IMG/VR virus record: IMGVR_UViG_3300034073_001700
Span: 32,001 to 96,000 of that record
Length of the DNA stretch: 64,000 nt
Direction: 5' to 3' (one strand)
Origin: a virus
The translations under genes and the position numbers were made by a program. This document shows positions 34,639 through 44,188 of the stretch, one piece after another; positions within the stretch are counted from its first letter, which is position 1, and each line of letters begins with the position of its first letter. The notes under the pieces were generated by a model. That model saw nothing but the letters and a program-made list of their open reading frames with translations. It was not told where the DNA came from and made no database searches.

Positions 34639-36060
34639 CTATTTTATCACTTTAGTATTATAGGTTTCTTGCCATTTTAATATATCATTTTCATCATTTA
34701 ACAACGGCTGTCCTTTAATATTTAAACTAGTATTTAGCAATATTGGCACCCCTGTCATTGCATACCAATTAGAAAGAACATCATATAGCCCAGGGTGTTG
34801 ATCTTTATTTACTGTCTGTACCCTTGAAGTACCGTCTTGATGAACAACAGATGGAATTAGTTCTGGCTTTAAACATTTTGGAGTATATTGCATATATGGG
34901 GAGGCATAGTTCATATCAAACCATTTGCCTGCATGCTCTTCCATAATAACTGGAGCAAAAGGTCTAAACAATTCTCTTTTTTTAATTAAATTAACTTTAT
35001 CCTTAATATTTGGATCTCTTGGATCTGCAAGAATAGATCTATTTCCAAGCGCTCTTGGGCCATACTCTGCTCTTCCTGTTGCGACTGCAACAATTTTATC
35101 TCTAATTAAGCCAGTGATAATTTCTTTTACTGGATATTCCCCGCCCAAATCATATCCTAAGTATGGATGTTGCCAATTAACATGCTTGCCATATGCTGCT
35201 GTTGCTGCACCCAAAGATGAACCAGCGTCACCAGGATTAGGCATAATCCAAACATCATCAAACATTCTCCAAAGCATTGTGTTGGCTGCACAGTTAAGGG
35301 CACAACCACCCATAAAAACAAGGTTGCGTTTACCTGTAAGTTTCTGCGCCATGGCCATAAAATTAACTAATCTTTCTTCGTATACCCTTTGAACAGCAGC
35401 AGCAATATCAAACTGTTCTCTATGCCCTATATGTTCATTCCAGTCTATGATTCCTTTATGAAAATTATATTTTTGTGTATTTATATCTGGAAAATATTCT
35501 TTTACTTTAAGATAATATCTTGTCCAATCTCCATAGGCTGCCATCCCCATCATAATATATTCTTCTTGATTTGGCATAAGTCCTACCAACTGAGTGAAAG
35601 CAGAATAAAATAAGCCGAAACTAAATGGGTAATTCTTTTTGTATACTTGCTTTATTGAAGAGCCCTCTCCAACCCAAATAGTAGAAGTATTGTATTCTCC
35701 AATAGCATCGAGAACCACTATAACAGCATCATTAAATTTACTTGTATAGTAGCCAGCACAAGCGTGAGAATAGTGGTGGCTAAAGTATTTTACTGGTAAG
35801 TCCATAGGAATATTTGGTTTCCAATCTGCCGCTCCACCTCTTAACATTATTCTAGATCTTTTAAGCCAAGGCTTTTCATAATATGCTATGACATTAGGTG
35901 TCCCATAGTTTAATGCATCTAGTATAATTTCTTTATTATTGTACCAATCATTTTTTTCCTTACTATATCTTTCTGCATGACCAGCAAAAAGTATTTCTCC
36001 ATCTTTAATTAAAGATACAGATGCGTCGTGCGAAGTTTCATTTATTCCAAGAATTATCAT
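34639..36060 (-). CDS. Carbamoyltransferase (NodU/CmcH family)
   Basis: HHYSH, GGCALN, EYGPRALGNRS, RPFAP, LNTSLN. Confidence 0.93.
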   Translation of the reverse strand: MIILGINETSHDASVSLIKDGEILFAGHAERYSKEKNDWYNNKEIILDALNYGTPNVIAYYEKPWLKRSRIMLRGGAADWKPNIPMDLPVKYFSHHYSHACAGYYTSKFNDAVIVVLDAIGEYNTSTIWVGEGSSIKQVYKKNYPFSFGLFYSAFTQLVGLMPNQEEYIMMGMAAYGDWTRYYLKVKEYFPDINTQKYNFHKGIIDWNEHIGHREQFDIAAAVQRVYEERLVNFMAMAQKLTGKRNLVFMGGCALNCAANTMLWRMFDDVWIMPNPGDAGSSLGAATAAYGKHVNWQHPYLGYDLGGEYPVKEIITGLIRDKIVAVATGRAEYGPRALGNRSILADPRDPNIKDKVNLIKKRELFRPFAPVIMEEHAGKWFDMNYASPYMQYTPKCLKPELIPSVVHQDGTSRVQTVNKDQHPGLYDVLSNWYAMTGVPILLNTSLNIKGQPLLNDENDILKWQETYNTKVIK

Positions 36061-36221
36061 AATAACTACACCCTAATATATAAAGGTGCCCTTATCCCTT
36101 TTTCTGAAAAATTTTTTAATTTTATGATAAGTTATATAAATATAATATTTAAATTTCATATTATCTCCTTAAAATAAAACAGGGATGTTCATAAGAGCAT
36201 CCCCATTTTATCATAATGACA

Positions 36222-36518
36222 CTAGGCCATTTGTGCAGGCTTTCCGCCTCCGCCAGACTTCTTCTTAGAAGCCTTTTTTTCTGCAGACTTTTTTGCTAAC
36301 TTTTTAAGTTCTAAATCAGCAAGATTTGCCACCAAACCAAACGCAGGGTCCTTTGGATTTACTGCCCTTATTGCTGGTCCTACTACTGCAATTAAACCTG
36401 CAATTAGTAAGCCGTCTATTCCAAGATCGCTATTGGCCTGATATGATTGTGCTACAGCAACACCGAACGATGCAATGTAGGTCTCTAGCACCTTCTTTTG
36501 CTTATCTTTAAGTTTCAT
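36222..36518 (-). CDS. Holin-like membrane protein
   Basis: TM segment plus RAVNPKDPAFG and a basic tail. Confidence 0.55.
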   Translation of the reverse strand: MKLKDKQKKVLETYIASFGVAVAQSYQANSDLGIDGLLIAGLIAVVGPAIRAVNPKDPAFGLVANLADLELKKLAKKSAEKKASKKKSGGGGKPAQMA

Positions 36519-36527
36519 TTTGTCCTC

Positions 36528-36695
36528 CTAGGATATGAACTTTGCTATGGCTACCCAAACTGGTTGAGCCAGCCATATACCCATTATACCAGCCACTCCA
36601 GCAAATACCTTAGGTGCTGGGAGCGGTAGTTTTAAGGATAAGCATATAAGGCCAAATCCTAGTCCAACAAGTAATGATATTAGTATATCTTTCAT
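36528..36695 (-). CDS. XapX/DUF1427-family small membrane protein
   Basis: Read by eye: MKDILISLLVGLGFGLICLSLKLPLPAPKVFAGVAGIMGIWLAQ... Confidence 0.7.
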   Translation of the reverse strand: MKDILISLLVGLGFGLICLSLKLPLPAPKVFAGVAGIMGIWLAQPVWVAIAKFIS

Positions 36696-36889
36696 TATTT
36701 TCCTTTCAAATTATCAGGATGATCCATTGGGGTTGGAATTGTTATCAAAGCCCCACATCTTGCACACTCACCGTCCAATAAATATAGTCCAATCTCATAG
36801 TCTGCAGGATCAATCTTTACAGCAACCTTTAAAAGGTCACAGTTGCATTCTGGACATACACAGGTCGGAATTCCTCTTGCGTCAATCAT
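36695..36889 (-). CDS. Small zinc-ribbon protein
   Basis: CPEC...CARCG...PTP. Confidence 0.6.
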   Translation of the reverse strand: MIDARGIPTCVCPECNCDLLKVAVKIDPADYEIGLYLLDGECARCGALITIPTPMDHPDNLKGK

Positions 36890-37250
36890 TTGGAATATCT
36901 TCTGGAAACATCTTTTCTAATTTTTCAAAGGCTGATCTAAATCTTAATATAGATAGGTCGTTTGGGTAATTTAAGTCAAATTCAATTTCATGTTTATATT
37001 CAATCAATGCTTTGTGCAGGTCTTCTATATACTTAAAAGCATCTTCTCTTGTTTGTGTTAGAAATGCTATAAGGTGTTCTTTTTCTACTAAGGCATCGCC
37101 ATTAAATCCATCTCTTAACATTTCAACATCATCAATGGTTTTCTTTAAAAGCATAACTAGTTCTAAGTTTTTATTTTTTATTCGTACAAAGGCAATAGAA
37201 ACCAATGATACTAAGCAAGCCACGAAAACAAATATACCAAACTCAAGCAT
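36882..37250 (-). CDS. Membrane-anchored coiled-coil protein
   Basis: Start moved to MLEFG; TM helix, then FL..TRE.AF.YIE. Confidence 0.6.
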   Translation of the reverse strand: MLEFGIFVFVACLVSLVSIAFVRIKNKNLELVMLLKKTIDDVEMLRDGFNGDALVEKEHLIAFLTQTREDAFKYIEDLHKALIEYKHEIEFDLNYPNDLSILRFRSAFEKLEKMFPEDIPND

Positions 37251-37740
37251 GGCGACTCTCATGTGTTGGCCAATAATATTTGCAGGGCTCTTTACGATCA
37301 GGGCAACATGGAACATTGTTGATACTTGTTACTGCATACTGAAATGGTGCATACAATATTGGATCTTTTTTGAATAAGTTGGCACGATGAGTAGTCACAA
37401 TACGAAGCAACTTATTTTCATCTTGAAAATAGTCAGGCATACTATTGCCCCAGTCATCCCAACACAAATCTTTTAAATTGTTTAGGTTTGCCTCATTGTT
37501 CTCAGTCTTGATGCCACGAGACTTGGCTTCAGCAATCATGGCTTGTACATAGTTCCAAAGACCACGCTCAAAACCTTTCCACATAAGTACTGCTGGATGA
37601 TTACGCCAACCACCTGTAGGCGATTTGCCAGACAAAACATTTAGTATCTGGTAGCATTCTAAAATTTGTTTGTTGAGGCGCTTACTATCTAAAATAGCAG
37701 CAGACACACGATAATCTGACTGTGGCAGAAATGTTTGCAT
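37243..37740 (-). CDS. Pyrimidine-dimer DNA glycosylase-like (DenV/MSMEG_6728 family)
   Basis: MQTFLP, LDSKRLNKQILE, GWRNHPAVLMW, HRANL. Confidence 0.8.
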   Translation of the reverse strand: MQTFLPQSDYRVSAAILDSKRLNKQILECYQILNVLSGKSPTGGWRNHPAVLMWKGFERGLWNYVQAMIAEAKSRGIKTENNEANLNNLKDLCWDDWGNSMPDYFQDENKLLRIVTTHRANLFKKDPILYAPFQYAVTSINNVPCCPDRKEPCKYYWPTHESRHA

Positions 37741-37752
37741 TACGACACCCTT

Positions 37753-38037
37753 CTATATCCAGTACTTAAGTATAGCAGTTATGGCTAAAATTGTCCAGAG
37801 TATATTAAACCAAATTAGTGTGGGTATTGTTTTTACAGTAGAAGACCATATTAGCATTAGGCTTGAAGCGAGGGCAAAAATATAAAGCCACCACCATTGC
37901 TTATTAAATAATAGTCCTGGGATAATTATTACTGCCTTGGTCACAAAAGCAAAAAATTCAACAATATTAGGTTTATTCCAGTAGGATTTATTGCCCATGG
38001 TTTTTAATGCATAAAGCCAATCTAATTTAAAATTCAT
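37753..38037 (-). CDS. Membrane protein
   Basis: Three hydrophobic helices. Confidence 0.6.
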   Translation of the reverse strand: MNFKLDWLYALKTMGNKSYWNKPNIVEFFAFVTKAVIIIPGLLFNKQWWWLYIFALASSLMLIWSSTVKTIPTLIWFNILWTILAITAILKYWI

Positions 38038-39577
38038 TTAATTGCTCCAAAAATTTTCTATGCCCAATACATTCAAATTTTTTATAGTCTTGAACACTTG
38101 TAAAATAATCATAGTTATCACAAGCATCTTTATATTTTTGAGAATAGTTTATATATTTTTCAGCAAGACTCTTATTTATTTTATTAATTCCTAAACCAAC
38201 AACGAGCCAACTATCAAATGACCAATATGTTCCACTATCATGTTTGTTTGGAAATCTCTCCTGCCACAAATCTATCTTATTTTTTAAACTGTCTGGCGCA
38301 TTGTTATAAGAAAATTTTGACCAAAACTCTGTATCTTTTCTGTCTCCCATATAATGAAAATAAACAAACTCTGCTATATCATTATTCATTTTGACTACAT
38401 CTTTATTAAATTCTTTTCTTAAATTATCTGTGTTGCCAAACAACCACTCTGGATTAGAGAATAATCTTTTTAACATATTTATGCTCGCCCAAATAGAAGT
38501 AGCCTCTAATGGCTCTATAAAGTTTGATGCAAGACCTATTGCAACACAGTTATTAACCCAAGGAGTCTCATAACATCCAGCACTAAATTTAAATCCACCC
38601 TTATCTTTACGTGGATATGATGGCTCATACCCTAAATATTCTTCTATCTCTTGTACTGCTTCAGACTCTGATATCATAGATGAATCATATACATACCCGC
38701 ATCCAAATCTAGACTGTAAAGGAATCTTCCACATCCAGCCATACTTCATTGCTATTGCCTCAGTATATGGGGGAATTTCTTCTGTCATCTCAATAAAAAA
38801 TGGTAGTGCTGAATCTACTGGAAGGAAATCACTATAACTCTTCCACTCTGATTTAAATAGTTTGCCTATGATTAACCTATGAAATCCACTGCAATCAAAT
38901 ACAAAATCACATGGCTCCATACTTCCATCTTCAAATGAAACACTTTGTATATTATCATTGTAGTCTAGTGATATATTATTAATTGTTTTTTCAATTATCT
39001 TTATACCACGATCTATACCTATTGACTTTAGCCTATCGGCAAATTTAGAGGCGTTAAAATGTATGGAGTGGGACGCTAAATTATCATAATCTGAATTTAA
39101 ATTTTTAGTATAGGAATTTTTATCAACGAAAGGAACCTTGTTATCTTCTGAAATTTTTTCTATAAAGTCAACTGGTCCAAACTTATTGTTTTTTATAATG
39201 CTAGAAATTATAAGAGGATGGGTTAAAAGTCCAGCAGACCCCGCATCGAATCCTGCTGATGTAGATTGCTTTACCGAAAAGGCATGATAATAAAAATCAC
39301 CATCGTTGTTCCAGTTAGTAAACTTAATTCCATTTTTAATAGTGGTATCACAGTGCTGTACTAGATCATGCAATGGTATATCTAAACTATTAAGAAAGTC
39401 TACTATTTGTGGGGTAGATCCTTCTCCTGCACCTAAAATGCCAATATCCTTAGACTCAACCAATGTAACATTAAGATCTGGATATATCTTGTTTATATAT
39501 AGTGCGGTCAACCAACCAGCGCTACCGCCTCCAACTACCAAAATATTTTTGATGCTAATCTTCTTTACCACCCTCAC
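38027..39577 (-). CDS. Tryptophan halogenase-family flavoprotein (start uncertain)
   Basis: GGGSAGW, GAGEGS, GWMWKIPL, FIEPLEATSI. Confidence 0.88.
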   Translation of the reverse strand: MRVVKKISIKNILVVGGGSAGWLTALYINKIYPDLNVTLVESKDIGILGAGEGSTPQIVDFLNSLDIPLHDLVQHCDTTIKNGIKFTNWNNDGDFYYHAFSVKQSTSAGFDAGSAGLLTHPLIISSIIKNNKFGPVDFIEKISEDNKVPFVDKNSYTKNLNSDYDNLASHSIHFNASKFADRLKSIGIDRGIKIIEKTINNISLDYNDNIQSVSFEDGSMEPCDFVFDCSGFHRLIIGKLFKSEWKSYSDFLPVDSALPFFIEMTEEIPPYTEAIAMKYGWMWKIPLQSRFGCGYVYDSSMISESEAVQEIEEYLGYEPSYPRKDKGGFKFSAGCYETPWVNNCVAIGLASNFIEPLEATSIWASINMLKRLFSNPEWLFGNTDNLRKEFNKDVVKMNNDIAEFVYFHYMGDRKDTEFWSKFSYNNAPDSLKNKIDLWQERFPNKHDSGTYWSFDSWLVVGLGINKINKSLAEKYINYSQKYKDACDNYDYFTSVQDYKKFECIGHRKFLEQLNEF

Positions 39578-39797
39578 GAACTAGCAAAACTATTGCCCCA
39601 TTATCCTCAAGAGCCTTTTTTACCCTTACCATATACTCTACAGCACGACGTTTGTCTGAGTCATGTAATGACATAAAGGATTTTTCCGATGCTTTAACAG
39701 TTAAAAAATGTTCATTGTCTATAATTTGTACCTGAAAACCACTAGGACAAAAATGATCTAATGACCTAAAAGATTTACGCATACTATCTGTATACAT
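39555..39797 (-). CDS. Hypothetical protein
   Basis: 80 aa ORF, TAATG overlap. Confidence 0.6.
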   Translation of the reverse strand: MYTDSMRKSFRSLDHFCPSGFQVQIIDNEHFLTVKASEKSFMSLHDSDKRRAVEYMVRVKKALEDNGAIVLLVREGGKED

Positions 39798-40357
39798 TAT
39801 TTTTTTATTTCTACGTTCGGCATAATATCAATAAGTAGATGTACCCTATCTATATTGCTATTATTTTTAACAAGATGATGTCTAGAATTATTTACTTCCC
39901 AACATTCTCCAGCCTTCATGTTAACTTCTTCATCTCCAACTCCAAAAAGAACTCCGTCTGAAGTTATAATTGGTATGTGATTTCTTCTAGAAAACATTAG
40001 GTAATCTCCAGAGTCATGATGTATGGGTATATCCTCGTTTGCTTTCAACTTAATTAACAAAACCATTCCCCTTACTCCGTCATGGATTCTTTCTAAATCT
40101 TTAACGATTGGCTCTACCAAATCTAACAGAGTTTGATCTTGAGACTTAGTTTCGACAATAAATTCTTCTCCGTCTTTCCAATAAAGGTTAGCCCTATTAA
40201 TATAATAGGTAAAGGTTTGCTTATGTATCTTGGAGTTATCTTGTCTGGCAGTATCTATAAGCCATTCGTCAGAAAAATTTTCTACATACTTTCTGATTTT
40301 ATCAACATTATATTCAGCAAGTTTTTTAAAATTAAAATTTTCTACTGTCTTTCTCAT
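39797..40357 (-). CDS. Aspartyl/asparaginyl beta-hydroxylase-domain protein
   Basis: HHD, RNHIPIIT, WEVNN...H.V.N...RVHLLID. Confidence 0.8.
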   Translation of the reverse strand: MRKTVENFNFKKLAEYNVDKIRKYVENFSDEWLIDTARQDNSKIHKQTFTYYINRANLYWKDGEEFIVETKSQDQTLLDLVEPIVKDLERIHDGVRGMVLLIKLKANEDIPIHHDSGDYLMFSRRNHIPIITSDGVLFGVGDEEVNMKAGECWEVNNSRHHLVKNNSNIDRVHLLIDIMPNVEIKK

Positions 40358-40938
40358 AGTACCTCCAATGACTTTTCAAACTCCAGGGGATATCCAAAAT
40401 TATTAAAATCTTCAATGTATATATCCCTGGTCATTTGTATGGTTTGCTCCGTATAGTCTTCTTTATATGATTGTACCATATAATTACCTATGTTGTATTT
40501 ACCCAAAGTCCATCCAAAATCACGCTCTAGTTCAACCAAATTTTCAAAATTATATAACTTAGTAACCTGAAGCATTTTTTGTTCAATAATATAAAAAGAC
40601 TGAGACAGGTGTAGTAGTGGAGTTATCTGAGAAATTTTATTTTCCTGGATATTGGTAAGGTATTCTAGAAAAGATATATCAACCTGATTTGCTTTTTTAT
40701 ATTGACCAAAACAACTATAGGTTCTGGTGTATGGATTTCTAACAACAGAAAAAGAAAATGTTTTATCATTAATGTCATTAACTTCTTTTAAATAAAAGTA
40801 CGGGTCATGGTGTCTTGGCCAACCCCTTTTCCAATTATCTAAATTATTTTCATTTAATATTTTAGATATAGACGATCCTGCAGTTTTTGGAATATGAACA
40901 AACAAAACTGAATCATATTCCTCATTTGCTATAATCAT
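40354..40938 (-). CDS. Sulfotransferase family 2 protein
   Basis: FVHIPKTAGSS, VRNPYTR, DF..FGY. Confidence 0.8.
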   Translation of the reverse strand: MIIANEEYDSVLFVHIPKTAGSSISKILNENNLDNWKRGWPRHHDPYFYLKEVNDINDKTFSFSVVRNPYTRTYSCFGQYKKANQVDISFLEYLTNIQENKISQITPLLHLSQSFYIIEQKMLQVTKLYNFENLVELERDFGWTLGKYNIGNYMVQSYKEDYTEQTIQMTRDIYIEDFNNFGYPLEFEKSLEVL

Positions 40939-40953
40939 TAATGTACCAATCTA

Positions 40954-41235
40954 TTAGTCTAATGTTAAATTTTGCCAAGCATTTGCCCAGTCCTGTGCAG
41001 TTTTGTGGTCGTTAAATTCTTTAGAAATAGAACCAGCATCCAAATAAATACCGCCCCACACTCCATATTCTTTGCTTGATACACCAACAGCAAAACATGT
41101 TTTTGCTACTGGACAATTTAAACAAAGTAGATCTATTGCTGGCCTAAGAGCAGACTCTTCTTCGTACTTATCAAAAAATAAATTAGTATCATAATCTAAA
41201 CAAGATGCCTGATCTTTCCATTTAAGTTTGTGCAT
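40954..41235 (-). CDS. whiB: WhiB-family transcriptional regulator
   Basis: W...ASC...FF...C..CPV...C...YGVWGG. Confidence 0.9.
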   Translation of the reverse strand: MHKLKWKDQASCLDYDTNLFFDKYEEESALRPAIDLLCLNCPVAKTCFAVGVSSKEYGVWGGIYLDAGSISKEFNDHKTAQDWANAWQNLTLD

Positions 41236-41446
41236 GTCCTATTACAAACCTTTCTGGAATATCCCAGCCATTTCTATTGGGGACAAATCGTCTCGACATA
41301 TACCAATTATTTTTAAAATATACGCCATACTTAGAAGTTTTTGCTTTATCAGATCTGTATCGATTTACTACAGACCATCCATCCCAATACAAATCTTTAT
41401 TATTGGAAACAATAGACTCCATTTGTTCTAAATTATCTATAATCAT
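41222..41446 (-). CDS. Hypothetical protein
   Basis: WDGW motif; AGGAG SD. Confidence 0.6.
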   Translation of the reverse strand: MIIDNLEQMESIVSNNKDLYWDGWSVVNRYRSDKAKTSKYGVYFKNNWYMSRRFVPNRNGWDIPERFVIGHAQT

Positions 41447-41453
41447 TTTTCTC

Positions 41454-41804
41454 CTAGTATTTAAAAATTCCAAATTCAACATTATTAAGTTGTGCTTCTG
41501 ATACTAACTTTGAATTTCCTTCTTTTGGATTTGCCAGATAAACAAAGTAATTGATATCTGACATGTTTTCTAAAATCCAAGAAGGAGCAACCTTATACAT
41601 TTTTATTTTTTTGCCACGAGACCTCATTCCCTTTTCAGAAACATTTGTAAATTCCATAACCATAGAGTTTACTTTGGCAGGACCAGCGCTATAAATATAA
41701 AAATAATTATCGTCTACTGGCATACCCGAAAGGGCTACGCCCATGGCACGAAGGAAAACCTGGTAGTCATCAAAACTACTAGTACCCTGTACTCCCACTA
41801 TCAT
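41454..41804 (-). CDS. SLOG-like (YspA-related) protein
   Basis: VQGTSSFDDY...SAGP N-terminal pattern. Confidence 0.45.
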   Translation of the reverse strand: MIVGVQGTSSFDDYQVFLRAMGVALSGMPVDDNYFYIYSAGPAKVNSMVMEFTNVSEKGMRSRGKKIKMYKVAPSWILENMSDINYFVYLANPKEGNSKLVSEAQLNNVEFGIFKY

Positions 41805-42207
41805 TGAAGTTGTTCCCTTCTTGTAGACGATCCATTATGAAGATCATTTTATCTAATTGTACCTTATTCATAGCCATTGTGTCAACTGTTCTGGTTGTTT
41901 CTTTATCAACATCACCGTGAACCATATCAGCAGTATAAAAAACATTGTCTTTAACCCAATACGCCTGATTGTCCACAATAATCACACGTATCTTTGTTCG
42001 CTCTTCGTGCTTACGAGACTGAGTTTCTTTTTTAGTCTCTGTAGTTTGATTTTGACTATTAATTGCTTGCTTTATAATATGTTTGCTACTTTGAGTTTTA
42101 ACAAATTGTTTTGTAGAAAACTCATTAAAAATATTAAATTTATTTTGTAGTATATTAATAAAATAGATTAATGCAAATGCAAAGGCAAACCCAATATAAT
42201 ATTTCAT
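41779..42207 (-). CDS. Membrane-anchored hypothetical protein
   Basis: N-terminal TM; AYWVKDNVFYTA. Confidence 0.6.
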   Translation of the reverse strand: MKYYIGFAFAFALIYFINILQNKFNIFNEFSTKQFVKTQSSKHIIKQAINSQNQTTETKKETQSRKHEERTKIRVIIVDNQAYWVKDNVFYTADMVHGDVDKETTRTVDTMAMNKVQLDKMIFIMDRLQEGNNFNDSGSTGY

Positions 42208-42231
42208 ATTATCACCAATACAATTATACTA

Positions 42232-42543
42232 CTATCTTAAAACATGTCTTTTGATTTCTTTTAATGTGTGCTTTAAGTCCTCGTCTAAGGTCTCTACAAT
42301 TTCTTTGTTAAAAGCCTTTTCTGTAAGCCTTACAATTGGATTCTCATCCATTACATTCATTCTGAGTATACCAATTTCCCAAAGTTTCATGACATGTTCG
42401 TTGAACATATTGTCAACCTCCCTGGCCAATAGGGGGCTGACATCCTTTAGTTTATTGGTAAAACTATAAAGCATCTCCCCAGTTTCGGAATCTATCCCTG
42501 CTGGCTCCACTGCTCCGCTTAAAATTAAATCTTCTATATCCAT
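42232..42543 (-). CDS. Hypothetical protein (paralog of 42545-42769)
   Basis: LILSGAVE..GID.ETGE..Y..T.KL. Confidence 0.65.
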   Translation of the reverse strand: MDIEDLILSGAVEPAGIDSETGEMLYSFTNKLKDVSPLLAREVDNMFNEHVMKLWEIGILRMNVMDENPIVRLTEKAFNKEIVETLDEDLKHTLKEIKRHVLR

Positions 42544-42544
42544 A

Positions 42545-42769
42545 TTAATCTCTTATCCTCCATGTCATTGATTTTGGACCACGCTTATCTAAAATAAAAA
42601 GGTGGTGCTTAAATTGATCCTCTAACTCTTGATAAAGTTCTGGGGCTAATTCTTTAAGTTTATCTGTAATATTATAGTAGGTTTCTCCAGTTTCAAGGTC
42701 TATGTCTGAAATTTCTAGACCACCTTGTAAAACTAAATGCTCTACTAAAGCATTAGTTTTTGGATTCAT
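42545..42769 (-). CDS. Hypothetical protein (paralog of 42232-42543)
   Basis: LVLQGGLE...ID.ETGE.YY..T.KL. Confidence 0.65.
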   Translation of the reverse strand: MNPKTNALVEHLVLQGGLEISDIDLETGETYYNITDKLKELAPELYQELEDQFKHHLFILDKRGPKSMTWRIRD

Positions 42770-43177
42770 CTACTTTCCTGACTTCTGTCTTTGTGCTGCC
42801 AATAAAGAAAAGTCTTTTACCTTAGTTTCTCCCAAGTAGGCCCAGGCATAGCCGTCTTCAATCATATGATCGTTTACAGAAACCGTATCTCCATCCACAT
42901 ACAGCCAACCAAGTATACGTCCATACTTTTCTGAAGAGTCTGGTTTTTCTGTTTTTATTATTACATCTTTGGCTTCTTTAAGTTTTGACTTTAGATATTC
43001 TTTAGACTCAATACCCAGGGTTTTTTCAAACTTATCTTTTGTTCTAGACTCTGGAGTATCTATTCCAGCCAAACGAACTCGTTGAGAAAATGATACATTA
43101 AATCCAAGGTCTATCTCTACATCTATTGTGTCACCATCTACGATGTTAGTAATTTTTTTAACCCTATAGGTATACAT
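42770..43177 (-). CDS. Thermonuclease (SNase) family
   Basis: VDGDTI, RLAGIDTPE, KYGRILG. Confidence 0.9.
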   Translation of the reverse strand: MYTYRVKKITNIVDGDTIDVEIDLGFNVSFSQRVRLAGIDTPESRTKDKFEKTLGIESKEYLKSKLKEAKDVIIKTEKPDSSEKYGRILGWLYVDGDTVSVNDHMIEDGYAWAYLGETKVKDFSLLAAQRQKSGK

Positions 43178-43434
43178 TAGTTTTCACTTCCTACAAGTTT
43201 GTTTTCAATAAGCCTATCTCTTTCGTCAACGATATCTATGGCAAACTTCATCATCTTGTCATACCCCACGGCATTATCCATGATCTTATTATAATGATGG
43301 CCACAAAATAGTAACGACATATTCTCCTGACCAGTAACCTTTACGTATGCCTGAGCACCACATCTGTCACATCTATCGGTAGCATCGAGCAAATAAACTT
43401 TTTCTTCTGGCTTAGACTTTAGCATACTAAACAT
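43177..43434 (-). CDS. Actinobacterial-type Zn-binding protein
   Basis: DRCDRCGAQAY...LLFCGHH. Confidence 0.7.
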   Translation of the reverse strand: MFSMLKSKPEEKVYLLDATDRCDRCGAQAYVKVTGQENMSLLFCGHHYNKIMDNAVGYDKMMKFAIDIVDERDRLIENKLVGSEN

Positions 43435-43435
43435 A

Positions 43436-43621
43436 TTATACCCTTCTATTGTCAGTTGTATAGAATCCAGAGCCATTGAATGTGACTCCTACATTAGAGT
43501 ATACACGAACCAGGGGGTTTTGGCAAGTTTCACATAAATACCCTGGATCATTTTCTGACATGCCTCTAACCTTTGTATATCTTACGGCACATGCCATACA
43601 GTCATATTCGTATGCTGCCAT
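43436..43621 (-). CDS. FmdB-family zinc-ribbon protein
   Basis: YEYDC..C...C..C...FNGSGFYTTD. Confidence 0.8.
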   Translation of the reverse strand: MAAYEYDCMACAVRYTKVRGMSENDPGYLCETCQNPLVRVYSNVGVTFNGSGFYTTDNRRV

Positions 43622-43897
43622 TATTTCTTCTTTGTCTTGGCCTTTACATACCAAACAGGAAGTTTAAGTTCATCCCCAGACCATTCGTATCCCAGAGCCT
43701 TTACCACAAACTTAATAATCTTTATTCTCATTTTGCTTTTCTCTCCCACTTTGTTCCTTCTTGTATAATACCATCTTTGTCACGATCTACCGCATTAGGA
43801 TTAAATCCTTGAGAAATTTTTTTGTTTAGCCTATCTTCTTTAATTGTAATAATAGAAATAATTAATGCCAAACCAATATAAACAAGTAATGCTTCCA

Positions 43898-44116
43898 TTA
43901 CCCAACCTTCTTTCCAAATCTAGCCCACACTCTTTCATGAAGGTAGAAGAAAGTCATTTCTAGTGTTAGGTATGAAAGTCCATAAAGACCTACATATTCC
44001 CACTCTGCTTCTCCAGTGTAATACTTTAGAACGAAATAAATTATTCCAGAAACAAAAGTAAAATGCACAAATGGCCAACTAATTGTTTTTAATAAAGATC
44101 GTTTTGATGATTCCAT
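43898..44116 (-). CDS. DUF2061-like membrane protein
   Basis: ESSKRSLLKTISW...YLHERVW. Confidence 0.75.
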   Translation of the reverse strand: MESSKRSLLKTISWPFVHFTFVSGIIYFVLKYYTGEAEWEYVGLYGLSYLTLEMTFFYLHERVWARFGKKVG

Positions 44117-44157
44117 TTTATTCTCCTTTGTGAATCTATACAATTATAGCATTTATT

Positions 44158-44183
44158 GGGCAGTTTTAGTCATGCCCAGGACT
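44158..44183 (-). ncRNA. Repeated pseudoknot motif, copy 6 (compensatory change in P2)
   Basis: Minus strand AGTC-CTGGGCAT-GACT-AAAAC-TGCCC. Confidence 0.7.
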
Positions 44184-44188
44184 ATAGT

